DNA from: Erysipelotrichaceae bacterium OH741_COT-311
GTDB lineage: Bacteria > Bacillota_I > Bacilli_A > Erysipelotrichales > Erysipelotrichaceae
DNA length: 32,000 nucleotides
NCBI GenBank assembly: GCA_003858585.1
Contig: RQZE01000001.1
Coordinates: 1 to 32,000 of the forward strand
Direction of reading: 5' to 3'
The translations under genes were made by a program, and so were the position numbers. Of the stretch, positions 8,537-17,504 are shown piece by piece. The notes beneath the pieces were generated by a model. The model was not told the DNA's origin and ran no database searches. It was given only the letters and a program-made list of their open reading frames with translations. Position 1 is the first letter of the stretch. Every line of letters starts with the position of its first letter.

Positions 8537-9364
8537 ATGAATCAAGATATTTTAATTCCAACAAATAAAAAATACCCTTATGCTTATGAACTTAATATTT
8601 TTCAAGAGCCATTACAGGAAGTTGTATTGAGTAGTGAAGAAGATTACAAACATTACACATTAAATCCACAAGTGGTTCAAACATTAGAAGAGATATTAAA
8701 AACAAAACGTATTGGTATCATTGCTTTAGGGAAAACCATAGATGTATATCATCCTATGTTTCATGCTGAATTTTTAATTAGTCGTATTTTAAAACTATTG
8801 ATAAAATATCGTCAATCCATTGTAATTTATACAAAAACAAATTATATATTAAATGATTTAAACTATATTAAAGAACTTTCAACATTAACTTATGTAGGTT
8901 TAAATATGAATGTTATGTGTAGTCATTTAGAACATGAAAAAATTATTGATCAAATGGGAAATAGTTTTTTAAGTCGTTTTGAGTGTATCGATACGATAAA
9001 AAAGAATACGGATGTTGTAGTTGGTATTACCATTAATCCGGTGATTCCATATTTGTTAGATTCTAAAGAAAACTTAGAATTGATTTTTCACCATGCAGTA
9101 AAATACCATGCTGATTATTTAGAAGTAATGCTTCTAAAAGTGAATAAAGAGAATGCTTCTGCGATATTAACATTTGTTGAAGAAAAGTATCCAGAACATT
9201 TTGATGCAATGTATCGTTTACTATCACGTAAATCGATACCTACACAATATAAAGTATCATTTGTAGAAATGATAAAAGAATTATATAATAAGTTTAGTAT
9301 TAATCAAGATCATCGTCAGTTAATAAAAGAAAGGATTTTAGGAATAAATAGGTTAGACTTATGA
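8537..9364 (+). CDS. SplB/COG1533-like (radical-SAM TIM-barrel fold) protein lacking the CxxxCxxC cluster motif
   Basis: 275 aa. The blocks IGIIALGKTIDVYHPMFHAE, IVIYTKTNYILNDLNYIKEL, SRFECIDTIKK..VVVGITINPVIPYLLD and YPEHFDAMYRLL follow the COG1533 pattern I recall (iG..TDPYQP.E / v.i.TKs.l..RD / Rl..i..L...gi.v.v...PviP / P.l...Y..lY). Only 2 Cys are present, neither in the N-terminal cluster position (KYPYAYELNIFQEP). Confidence 0.55.
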   Translation: MNQDILIPTNKKYPYAYELNIFQEPLQEVVLSSEEDYKHYTLNPQVVQTLEEILKTKRIGIIALGKTIDVYHPMFHAEFLISRILKLLIKYRQSIVIYTKTNYILNDLNYIKELSTLTYVGLNMNVMCSHLEHEKIIDQMGNSFLSRFECIDTIKKNTDVVVGITINPVIPYLLDSKENLELIFHHAVKYHADYLEVMLLKVNKENASAILTFVEEKYPEHFDAMYRLLSRKSIPTQYKVSFVEMIKELYNKFSINQDHRQLIKERILGINRLDL

Positions 9365-10281
9365 ATAAAAATGTAAAAAGAGGTTTAATGGTTGCGGGTG
9401 CTCTAACTACAGTTGCAGCAGGTGCGACATACGTAGCAATTGCAGAAAGAGTATTCAAGGATTTCTTTATCCAAAAGAAGGAAGGATTTGATTTAGGTGT
9501 AAATATTGATGAATATCAATCTATTTTAGATTGGTATAATTCTAGTAATGTCTATGAAACTTGGATTAAGTCGAATGATGGTTTGAATTTACATGGTAAA
9601 CGTATTATTAATCATCCTGAAAGTAATCAATGGGTTATTTTGCTACATCCTTTAGGAATGGATTTAACAAAGATGTTAAAGGCTACAATGAAATTCGATG
9701 AACTTGGTTATAATTGCTTATTGGTTGATGGTCGTGGTCATGGTCAGTCAGAAGGAAAATATACAACACTTGGTTGGTATGAACAATTTGATTTATTAAC
9801 ATGGATCAATGATTTAGTGGCTTCTTATCCAAAAGTAAATATTGTATTATATGGATTGAGTTATGGTGCAGTTACCATTATGATGGCAAGCAGTAATATT
9901 GTTTGTGACAATGTGAAGGTTTGTATTATAGATAGTGGTTTTACAAGTTTACGTGATTTGATGGTTGAAGAAGTAAATCGTAATCTTAAATTTGGAGGTA
10001 AGTTATTTCTTCCGTATTTGAAATTAATTATTAAAAATCGTTTAAAATTTGATATGAATCAATTAGATGTTCGTCATTCCTTAGCAAATAATTATATACC
10101 GATGTTGTTTATTCATAGTGAATATGATTCAATTGTTCATGTAGATTATGCGTATGAAAATTATTATGCTAATAATAGTTTAAAAGAAATTATTACATAT
10201 AAGAATAATGATCATTTAAGTTGCTTAAATAATGAAGATTATTTTGACAAAGTCATGAAATTTATTAAAAGACATAGTTAA
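9361..10281 (+). CDS. Membrane-anchored alpha/beta-fold hydrolase (COG1073-like serine hydrolase)
   Basis: 306 aa with an N-terminal TM helix (GLMVAGALTTVAAGATYVAIA), nucleophile elbow GLSYG, a candidate Asp in HSEYDSIV and a candidate His in NNDHL. Its ATG overlaps the upstream stop (ATGA at 9361-9364). Confidence 0.8.
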   Translation: MNKNVKRGLMVAGALTTVAAGATYVAIAERVFKDFFIQKKEGFDLGVNIDEYQSILDWYNSSNVYETWIKSNDGLNLHGKRIINHPESNQWVILLHPLGMDLTKMLKATMKFDELGYNCLLVDGRGHGQSEGKYTTLGWYEQFDLLTWINDLVASYPKVNIVLYGLSYGAVTIMMASSNIVCDNVKVCIIDSGFTSLRDLMVEEVNRNLKFGGKLFLPYLKLIIKNRLKFDMNQLDVRHSLANNYIPMLFIHSEYDSIVHVDYAYENYYANNSLKEIITYKNNDHLSCLNNEDYFDKVMKFIKRHS

Positions 10282-10294
10282 ATGATAGTGTAAG

Positions 10295-10322
10295 AACTAG
10301 ATTGTTTTAATCTAGTTTTTTA
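10295..10322 (+). terminator. Intrinsic terminator
   Basis: aactagatt(10295-10303) gttt.. aatctagtt(10309-10317) followed by tttttt. Confidence 0.75.
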
Positions 10323-10345
10323 TTAAAAAAGACAAAGGAGTATTT

Positions 10346-11545
10346 ATGTTTAAATTATATTGTCGAATGTATCAAAGTATGATGAAAGTAGTATCTAAAC
10401 TACTGCCTTGGAAGAAACAAAAACTTTTAAACAAAGTAAATGGAATTCAAGAAGTATCAGAACTATTAAAGAAAGAAAAGATTCATCATCCTCTATTAAT
10501 TACGGATAAAACAATGGTAGAGCTAAAAGTATCAAATAAAATTACTGATCAATTAAGTACGTATGAGATATATTCTGATACTGTAGCAAATCCAACTACA
10601 AGAAATGTTATGGATGCTTATTCTATTTATGTATCAAAAAAATGTGACGGAATTATTGCCTTAGGTGGAGGATCTGTTATGGATTGTGCAAAAGGAGTAG
10701 CTGCTAAAGTAGTTAGACCAACTAAGAGCATTTTAAAGTTAAAAGGATTATTAAAGATACGGAAGAAAATCCCATTTTTGTTAGCAATTCCTACAACAGC
10801 CGGTACCGGTAGTGAAGCAACTATAGCAGCTGTGATTTCAGATGAAGAAACTCATGAAAAATATTTTATAATTGATCCTTCCTTAACACCAGATTATGCC
10901 ATTTTAGATCCAAACTTAACCTTAACTCTTCCAAAACATATTACTGCTGAAACAGGTATGGATGCATTGACCCATGCGATTGAGGCTTATATTGGAAAAG
11001 GTGGAAATGAAGAAACGGATACCCTTGCAAAAAAGGCAGTAAGAAAAGTATTTGTACATTTACTTACATGTTATCATCATCCATTGAATGTACAAGCACG
11101 AGAGGAAATGTTACTAGCATCTTATCAAGCTGGCTTAGCTTTTACAAAAGCATATGTAGGTTATGTACATGCTTTCTCACACGCTATTGGTGGACACTAT
11201 CAGTTAGCTCATGGATATGTTAATGCTATTGTTTTGCCATATGTATTAGATTATTGTAAAGATGCAATAATAGATAAATTAAGTGCACTATATGATGTGA
11301 TTAAACCTGAACAACAGCTTTCCAATTCTGAAAAAGCAGTGTCTTTTATCAAAGAAATTAGACTTTTAAATCAAGCATTAAATATTCCTAAACATATACC
11401 AATTCTTGATGATAAGGATTTTGATATGTTAATTCATAGAGCCTATAAAGAAGCTCATCCCTTATATCCTGTACCAAAAATATTAGCAAAAAAAGAGTTT
11501 AGACATTTATTAAATCAAATTAAAGGAAGAGAATATGAATGGTAA
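10346..11545 (+). CDS. Iron-containing (group III) alcohol dehydrogenase
   Basis: 399 aa with GGGSVMDCAKG, metal ligands in GMDALTHAIEAY and YVHAFSHAIGGHYQLAHG, and RBS aaaggag. Confidence 0.88.
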   Translation: MFKLYCRMYQSMMKVVSKLLPWKKQKLLNKVNGIQEVSELLKKEKIHHPLLITDKTMVELKVSNKITDQLSTYEIYSDTVANPTTRNVMDAYSIYVSKKCDGIIALGGGSVMDCAKGVAAKVVRPTKSILKLKGLLKIRKKIPFLLAIPTTAGTGSEATIAAVISDEETHEKYFIIDPSLTPDYAILDPNLTLTLPKHITAETGMDALTHAIEAYIGKGGNEETDTLAKKAVRKVFVHLLTCYHHPLNVQAREEMLLASYQAGLAFTKAYVGYVHAFSHAIGGHYQLAHGYVNAIVLPYVLDYCKDAIIDKLSALYDVIKPEQQLSNSEKAVSFIKEIRLLNQALNIPKHIPILDDKDFDMLIHRAYKEAHPLYPVPKILAKKEFRHLLNQIKGREYEW

Positions 11546-12911
11546 AGAAGTATTAAATAAACAAAAGGCTTATTTTAAAACACATGTGACACATAGCTAT
11601 TCCTTTCGTATGCAGCAATTGAATAAACTGGAAGAAACCTTAAAAAAATATGAACAAGATATATTGGATGCACTAAAGAAAGATTTAAATAAGTCACATA
11701 CAGAATCTTTTATGACAGAGTTATCATTAATTTATGGGGAATTATCTTTTTTTAAAAAGAAGTTAAAATCATTGATGAAGACTAAAAATACTATTAGTTC
11801 TTTGATACATTTCTACTCTAAAAATATAATTATGCCTCAACCCCATGGATGTGTATTGATATTATCACCGTGGAATTATCCGTTTCAGTTGTCATTTGTT
11901 CCATTGATAGGAGCGATTGCTGCTGGAAACTGTGTTGTATTAAAACCATCAAATTATGCACATTATTCAAGTTTAGTGATAAAAACAATAATTACTGAGT
12001 GTTTTATAGACGATTATGTTACAACTTGTCTTGGTAATCGAGTTGTAAATCAAGATTTACTTGATCAAGCCTTTGATTATATCTTTTTTACCGGTAGTGT
12101 TGCAGTGGGAAAAGTGGTCATGGAAAAGGCTTCTAAACATTTAACACCAATTACTTTGGAGTTAGGAGGAAAGTCTCCATGTATTATTGATGAAAGTGCT
12201 AAGGTTAATTTAGCTGCAAAACGTATTGTTTGGGGGAAACTAATCAATGCCGGACAAACTTGTGTTGCAGTTGATTACATTTACATTCATCATTCTTTAA
12301 AAGATGACTTTGTTAAAGCTTGTAGTAGGTATGTAAAACAATTTTGGAAAGAACAATCATTTTTAAATGTTGAATATCCTAAAATAATAAATGAAAACCA
12401 TTTTAATCGTTTGTGTACATTATTAAAAGATGCAGATATTTTATATGGTGGAAGATCAAATCCAGATACGCTACAAATCGAATTTACATTAGTGAATTGT
12501 AAAGATTGGAATCATTCTTGTATGCAGGAAGAAATTTTTGGACCTATTATCCCTGTTATAAGCTATGAGTGTCTGGATGAGGTAATAGATACCATTTATG
12601 ATCAACCAACTCCTTTAGCATGTTATATATTTTCACAAAATAAAAATAACATTAATAAAGTATTGAAGTGTTTACCATTTGGTGGAGGTTGTATCAATGA
12701 TACATTGATACATGTCTCTAATCACAAGCTACCATTTGGTGGTCTTCGTACAAGTGGACTGGGTCGTTATCATGGGAAATATAGTTTTGAAACGTTTAGT
12801 CATTATAAAGGTATGATGTTAAAAACAACGTTATTTGATGTACCATTACGTTATCCTCCTTATACAAATAAGTTTCAATGGATAAAAAAAATATTATCTT
12901 TATTTTCTTAA
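11535..12911 (+). CDS. NAD(P)-dependent aldehyde dehydrogenase, family 3 type (YwdH-like)
   Basis: 458 aa with catalytic Glu in ELGGKSP, catalytic Cys in GQTCVAVDY, and EEIFGPI. Overlaps the ADH gene by 11 nt. Confidence 0.88.
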   Translation: MNGKEVLNKQKAYFKTHVTHSYSFRMQQLNKLEETLKKYEQDILDALKKDLNKSHTESFMTELSLIYGELSFFKKKLKSLMKTKNTISSLIHFYSKNIIMPQPHGCVLILSPWNYPFQLSFVPLIGAIAAGNCVVLKPSNYAHYSSLVIKTIITECFIDDYVTTCLGNRVVNQDLLDQAFDYIFFTGSVAVGKVVMEKASKHLTPITLELGGKSPCIIDESAKVNLAAKRIVWGKLINAGQTCVAVDYIYIHHSLKDDFVKACSRYVKQFWKEQSFLNVEYPKIINENHFNRLCTLLKDADILYGGRSNPDTLQIEFTLVNCKDWNHSCMQEEIFGPIIPVISYECLDEVIDTIYDQPTPLACYIFSQNKNNINKVLKCLPFGGGCINDTLIHVSNHKLPFGGLRTSGLGRYHGKYSFETFSHYKGMMLKTTLFDVPLRYPPYTNKFQWIKKILSLFS

Positions 12912-12933
12912 GGTTTGTGTAATAAGATGAATA

Positions 12934-12962
12934 TTGACAAATAAAAAGAATGTTGTTATTAT
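12934..12962 (+). promoter_or_regulatory. Sigma-A promoter for the ptsG leader
   Basis: TTGACA (12934-12939), 17-nt spacer, TATTAT (12957-12962). Confidence 0.6.
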
Positions 12963-12983
12963 ATGGACGTTATAAGACTTAAT

Positions 12984-13015
12984 GGCGTGTAACTGATTAA
13001 ATTCAAGCATTAACC
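12984..13015 (+). promoter_or_regulatory. RAT (ribonucleic antiterminator) element, the target of a BglG/GlcT-family protein
   Basis: GGCGTGTAACTGATTAAATTCAAGCATTAACC resembles known RATs (B. subtilis ptsG ACGUGUUACUGAUUCGAUCAGGCAUGAGU; general pattern GG..TGTTACTG.......CAGGCA..ACC). Its 3' half is the 5' arm of the terminator. Confidence 0.8.
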
Positions 13016-13056
13016 GTAAGAAGAAGATAACATTCTTTTGAGGTAATGCTTTTTTA
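13005..13056 (+). terminator. Leader terminator overlapping the RAT
   Basis: aagcatta(a)cc(13005-13015) pairs with ggtaatgctt(13042-13051), followed by tttttt. This is the classic RAT/terminator mutually exclusive layout. Confidence 0.8.
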
Positions 13057-13084
13057 TTTCCTCATAGATAGAAAGAAGGTCAAG

Positions 13085-15148
13085 ATGAAAAATAAGATTT
13101 TTGGTGTTTTACAACGTGTTGGTAGATCATTCATGCTGCCAATTGCCGTCTTACCTGTTGCAGGTTTATTGTTGGGAATAGGTGGATCATTTACAAACAA
13201 AACCATGATTGAAGCTTATGGTTTACAATCTATCTTAGGTGATGGTACCTTATTACATTCGTTATTAATGGTATTAAATGGAAGTGGTAACATCATTTTT
13301 GCAAACTTACCAATTATTTTTGCTGTTGGTGTAGCCATTGGTATGGCAAAGAAAGAAAAAGAAGTTGCAGCATTGGCTAGTGCAATTGCATTTTTTGTGA
13401 TGCACTCTGCGATTAATGTTATGTTACAACTAACAAACATCGCTTCTACATTACCTGCTGGATCAATTACATCTGTAGTAGGTATTGAATCCTTACAAAT
13501 GGGTGTATTTGGTGGTATTATTGTTGGTCTTGGTGTAAGTAGCTTACATAATAAATATTATAAAATCCAATTGCCTCAAGTATTATCATTTTTTGGTGGT
13601 TCACGCTTTGTGCCAATCGTTAGTACTATTGTATATGTCTTTGTTGGTATTTTAATGTTCTTTATTTGGCCATTTGTTCAACAGGGAATTTATGCTGTAG
13701 GGGAGTTAGTACGTAATTCTGGATATGGTGGAACATTCTTATACGGAATTATGGAGCGTGCATTGATTCCTTTTGGTTTGCATCATGTGTTTTATATACC
13801 ATTTTGGCAAACGGCTGTTGGTGGTGTTGCCACAGTATGTAATACAACAGTGGAAGGGGCACAAAATATTTTCTTTGCCCAACTGGCTTGTCCGGAAACA
13901 GTTGTATTTAATACCGAAGCAACAAGATTTATGTCCGGTAAGTTCCCATTAATGATTTTTGGTTTACCTGGTGCTGCATATGCAATGTATAAGTGTTCCA
14001 AAGTAGAAAAAAGAGAATTGGTTGGTGGATTATTATTATCTGCAGCTTTAACAAGTATGCTTACAGGTATTACAGAACCAATTGAATTTACGTTCTTATT
14101 TGTTGCTCCGGTACTATATGGTATTCATGTTATTGGTGCTGGTTTAGCCTATATGTTTATGCATATTTTAAAAGTAGGCGTTGGTATGACGTTTTCAGGT
14201 GGTATTATTGACTTAACTCTCTTTGGTATCATGCAAGGAAATGCAAAAACAAATTGGTTCATGATAGTAGTTGCCGGTATTTTATATTTCTTATTTTATT
14301 ATGGAATTTTTAGCTATATTATCAAAAAATATAATTTTAAAACACCTGGTAGAGAAGATGATGATCAAGAAGTTAAACTATATACAAGAAAAGATGTTGA
14401 AGAAAAACAAGTGGTTTCGGTTAAGCAAGAGGAAAGCCTTGTAAGTGCGCTGATTACTAAGGGTTTAGGTGGTAAAGAAAACATTAGTGATGTAGATTGT
14501 TGTGCAACAAGATTGCGTTGTACTGTACATAACATCGAAGATGTTAAAGATGAATTCTTAACAGAATCTGGTGCTAAAGGAATTGTTAAAAAAGGAAATG
14601 GTGTACAGATTATTTATGGACCACACGTTTCAGTTATTAAATCAAATTTAGAAGAATATTTGGATTATGGAATAATGGAACATCCTGTAAAAGAAGTCAA
14701 AGAAATCATTTATTCTCCTTGTAAAGGAAGAGTTGGTGTTTTATCTGAAACACCGGATGATACATTTGCAAAAGAAATGCTTGGTAAAGGAATTGTTATT
14801 TTCCCAACGGATACTAAGTTCTATGCACCATTTGATGGTGAAGTACAATTTGTATTTGATACAAAACATGCTTTAGGGTTAACTACATCAAATCAAACGG
14901 AAGTATTGTTACATATTGGTATTGATACTGTGCATTTAAAAGGTGAAGGCTTTAATGTTTATGTAGAAGCTGGTCAGAAGATTAAAAAGGGTGACCTTTT
15001 AGTAGAAATTGATTTACAATATATTAAAGAACATGCAAAGAGTGAGGCTACACCTTTAGTATTTACATCATTAAAACAGGAAGAAACGATTGTTGTTAAA
15101 AAAATGGGAGAGGTAAATGCTTTAGAAGAGATTTTGGAAATAAAATAG
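13085..15148 (+). CDS. ptsG: PTS glucose-family transporter, fused EIIC-EIIB-EIIA
   Basis: N-terminus MKNKIFGVLQRVGRSFMLPIAVLPVAGLLL resembles B. subtilis PtsG. EIIB Cys motif DCCATRLRC and EIIA His motif LLHIGIDTVHLKGEGF are present. The start is set at ATG 13085 (RBS agaaagaagg); the track start 13046 lies in the terminator 3' arm. Confidence 0.87.
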   Translation: MKNKIFGVLQRVGRSFMLPIAVLPVAGLLLGIGGSFTNKTMIEAYGLQSILGDGTLLHSLLMVLNGSGNIIFANLPIIFAVGVAIGMAKKEKEVAALASAIAFFVMHSAINVMLQLTNIASTLPAGSITSVVGIESLQMGVFGGIIVGLGVSSLHNKYYKIQLPQVLSFFGGSRFVPIVSTIVYVFVGILMFFIWPFVQQGIYAVGELVRNSGYGGTFLYGIMERALIPFGLHHVFYIPFWQTAVGGVATVCNTTVEGAQNIFFAQLACPETVVFNTEATRFMSGKFPLMIFGLPGAAYAMYKCSKVEKRELVGGLLLSAALTSMLTGITEPIEFTFLFVAPVLYGIHVIGAGLAYMFMHILKVGVGMTFSGGIIDLTLFGIMQGNAKTNWFMIVVAGILYFLFYYGIFSYIIKKYNFKTPGREDDDQEVKLYTRKDVEEKQVVSVKQEESLVSALITKGLGGKENISDVDCCATRLRCTVHNIEDVKDEFLTESGAKGIVKKGNGVQIIYGPHVSVIKSNLEEYLDYGIMEHPVKEVKEIIYSPCKGRVGVLSETPDDTFAKEMLGKGIVIFPTDTKFYAPFDGEVQFVFDTKHALGLTTSNQTEVLLHIGIDTVHLKGEGFNVYVEAGQKIKKGDLLVEIDLQYIKEHAKSEATPLVFTSLKQEETIVVKKMGEVNALEEILEIK

Positions 15149-15158
15149 AGGTATATGG

Positions 15159-15971
15159 ATGTTTAAGGTAAAGAAAGTACTAAATAATAATGCATTATTA
15201 GTAATAAATCAAGAAAACAATGCCGAGACCATTTTATTAGGGAAAGGGATTGGTTTTCATTGTAAAGTAGATGAAGTATTGATGGATATTGGTGATGCAA
15301 AAGTATATACTTTAAAGGAAGAGATAAAAACTTCAATAAACGAAGTGGATCCAATTTACCTTGACATTGCTAGTTCTATTTTAGATGAAGTCTTAAAATT
15401 AAATCCAGATGCAAATCAAACTGCTTTACTTGCCTTAGCAGACCATATAGCTTTTGCAATTGATCGTATGAAAAAAGGGATTGATATTTTAAATCCATTT
15501 TCTAAAGATATATCTTTACTATTCCCTAACGAACATTACCTTGCATTAAATAGTAGAGATTTAATTTATAATAAAACGGGCTATAGGTTTAATGATGATG
15601 AAATAAGCTATATTACCTTGCATATTCATAGCGCATTAGATAAAAATAGTGTTGCGGAATCTATGAAAAATACCATTATCATTAATGAAACTATGGCTAT
15701 GATTGAGGAATTATATCATATACACTTAAATAAAGATTGTTTATCTTATTCACGTATGTTAATTCATCTAAAATATATGTTTGCTCGTTTAAAGAAAAAT
15801 GAACATCTAAAATTAGATATGGATGAATACGTAAGTACCAATTTCACACAATCATACCAGATTGCCAAAGCGATTTGTCATAGTATAGAAGAAAAAGCTT
15901 CTTTAAAAATACCATATACTGAAATAGGGTATTTAGCGATACACTTAGAACGTATAAGAAGCACAACATAA
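15159..15971 (+). CDS. glcT: BglG/SacY-family transcription antiterminator (GlcT-like: CAT + PRD1 + PRD2)
   Basis: 270 aa with CAT domain KVKKVLNNNALLV..LLGKGIGF and PRD histidines in LADHIAFAI, ITLHIHSAL, MLIHLKYM and LAIHLERI. It lies 10 nt after ptsG with its own RBS (gagg). Confidence 0.85.
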   Translation: MFKVKKVLNNNALLVINQENNAETILLGKGIGFHCKVDEVLMDIGDAKVYTLKEEIKTSINEVDPIYLDIASSILDEVLKLNPDANQTALLALADHIAFAIDRMKKGIDILNPFSKDISLLFPNEHYLALNSRDLIYNKTGYRFNDDEISYITLHIHSALDKNSVAESMKNTIIINETMAMIEELYHIHLNKDCLSYSRMLIHLKYMFARLKKNEHLKLDMDEYVSTNFTQSYQIAKAICHSIEEKASLKIPYTEIGYLAIHLERIRSTT

Positions 15972-16000
15972 AAAAATGCTTGAAATTCAAGCATTTTTTA
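15971..16000. terminator. Bidirectional intrinsic terminator between convergent glcT and gltX
   Basis: aaaaaa-atgcttgaa(15976-15984)-a-ttcaagcat(15986-15994)-tttttt: a perfect 9-bp stem flanked by an A run and a T run. Confidence 0.85.
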
Positions 16001-17452
16001 TTTTGATTGTAATTGTGAAATGGCTAAATCAATACGACGCAAACTTTCTTCTTTCCCTAGAATATGTGCCAGTTCAATAGAACCACCTGGTGTAAACAAT
16101 TTACCACTTAAGGCAACACGAATTGGATATAGCAATTGTCCATTTTTAATTTCTAGTTTATTAACTAATGCAATGGTTTCATCATGAATGGTATTAAAAT
16201 CCCATTGTGATAATGATGTATATAGTTCTTTAACTGCTTGTAATGATTTTAATGAAATAGCTTCATCCGTTTTCATTTTTTTATTTATAAAATAATCATT
16301 TGGATAGCTTGGTAATTCATCAAAGAAATCAACAGCTTCATCAATTTCACTTAACAAATTGATTCTTTGTTGCAAAATCTTAGAAATATCTTTTAAGTTA
16401 TAATCTTTATTTACTGCTTTTTTTAAAGAAGGAAGAACAAGTTGATAGTACGTTTCTTCATCCATATTACGTAAGTACATTCCATTCATCCATGTAAGCT
16501 TTTGAATATCAAAGATAGCTCCTGATGTACCGATACGTTTTACATTAAAGGCTTGAGTTAATTCTTCTAAACTATAGATTTCTTGTGTTGTTTCAGGTGC
16601 CCAACCCAGTAATGCAATGTAATTTAAAATAGCTTCCGGTAAATAGCCTTTTGCTACTAAGTCTTGGAAAGAAGCATCCCCATTACGTTTTGATAATTTT
16701 TGATGTTCATCTTTCATTACAGGTGGACAGTGAATGTAGGTTGGAATATCCCATCCAAATGCTTCATAGATTAAATTGTATTTAGGTGTACTTGATAAAT
16801 ATTCATTCCCACGAACAACGTGCGTAATACCCATTAAATGATCATCGATAATATTTGCAAAATTATAAGTAGGGAAACCATCACTTTTTAATAGAATAGA
16901 TTCATCTAACGTTTCATTTTCAACTGTAATTGTTCCGTAAACTTCATCTTTAAAACTGGTAGTACCAGTAGATGGAATATTTTGCCTAATAACATAAGCT
17001 TCTTCTTTAATTCTCTGTTCGATTTCTTCCATTGGTAAATGTTTACAAGGATCATCGTATTTAAAAGAAATACCTTTCGCTTCTGCTAATTGACGTTGCT
17101 GATTAATAGCGTCTTGGTTACAAAAACAATAGTGAGCTTTACCTTTCTTAATTAATTCTTCCGCATAAGTTTTATAAATACCACTATGTACACGTTCACT
17201 TTGAACGTAAGGTCCACATGGTCCACCAATATCTGGTCCTTCATCATGATACAATTTACATTGTTTTAATGTTTCATAAATAATATCCGTAGCACCCTCA
17301 ACAAAACGTTCTTGATCTGTATCTTCAATACGTAGTAAAAAATCTCCATGATCTTTTTTCGCTACTAAATACTCATAAAGAGCAGTACGCAAATTACCAA
17401 TATGCATATATCCTGTTGGACTTGGTGCAAAACGAGTACGAACTTTTTTCAT
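15998..17452 (-). CDS. gltX: Glutamate--tRNA ligase
   Basis: 484 aa with the class I HIGH variant ([14 protein letters not shown]) and a KMSKS-like KLSKRNG. RBS ggagga is upstream on the minus strand. Confidence 0.96.
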   Translation of the reverse strand: MKKVRTRFAPSPTGYMHIGNLRTALYEYLVAKKDHGDFLLRIEDTDQERFVEGATDIIYETLKQCKLYHDEGPDIGGPCGPYVQSERVHSGIYKTYAEELIKKGKAHYCFCNQDAINQQRQLAEAKGISFKYDDPCKHLPMEEIEQRIKEEAYVIRQNIPSTGTTSFKDEVYGTITVENETLDESILLKSDGFPTYNFANIIDDHLMGITHVVRGNEYLSSTPKYNLIYEAFGWDIPTYIHCPPVMKDEHQKLSKRNGDASFQDLVAKGYLPEAILNYIALLGWAPETTQEIYSLEELTQAFNVKRIGTSGAIFDIQKLTWMNGMYLRNMDEETYYQLVLPSLKKAVNKDYNLKDISKILQQRINLLSEIDEAVDFFDELPSYPNDYFINKKMKTDEAISLKSLQAVKELYTSLSQWDFNTIHDETIALVNKLEIKNGQLLYPIRVALSGKLFTPGGSIELAHILGKEESLRRIDLAISQLQSK

Positions 17453-17504
17453 AGTATTCCTCCAATATTATTAATTATATAACTTTAGTATTTAAAATAA
17501 AATG

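Noticed and set aside
13046-13084. In-frame upstream ATG that would extend PtsG by 13 aa (MLFYFLIDRKKVK), or could be read as a leader peptide.
   Set aside because: This ATG lies in the 3' arm and T tract of the leader terminator and has no SD. ATG 13085 has an SD, and its N-terminus aligns with known PtsG proteins.
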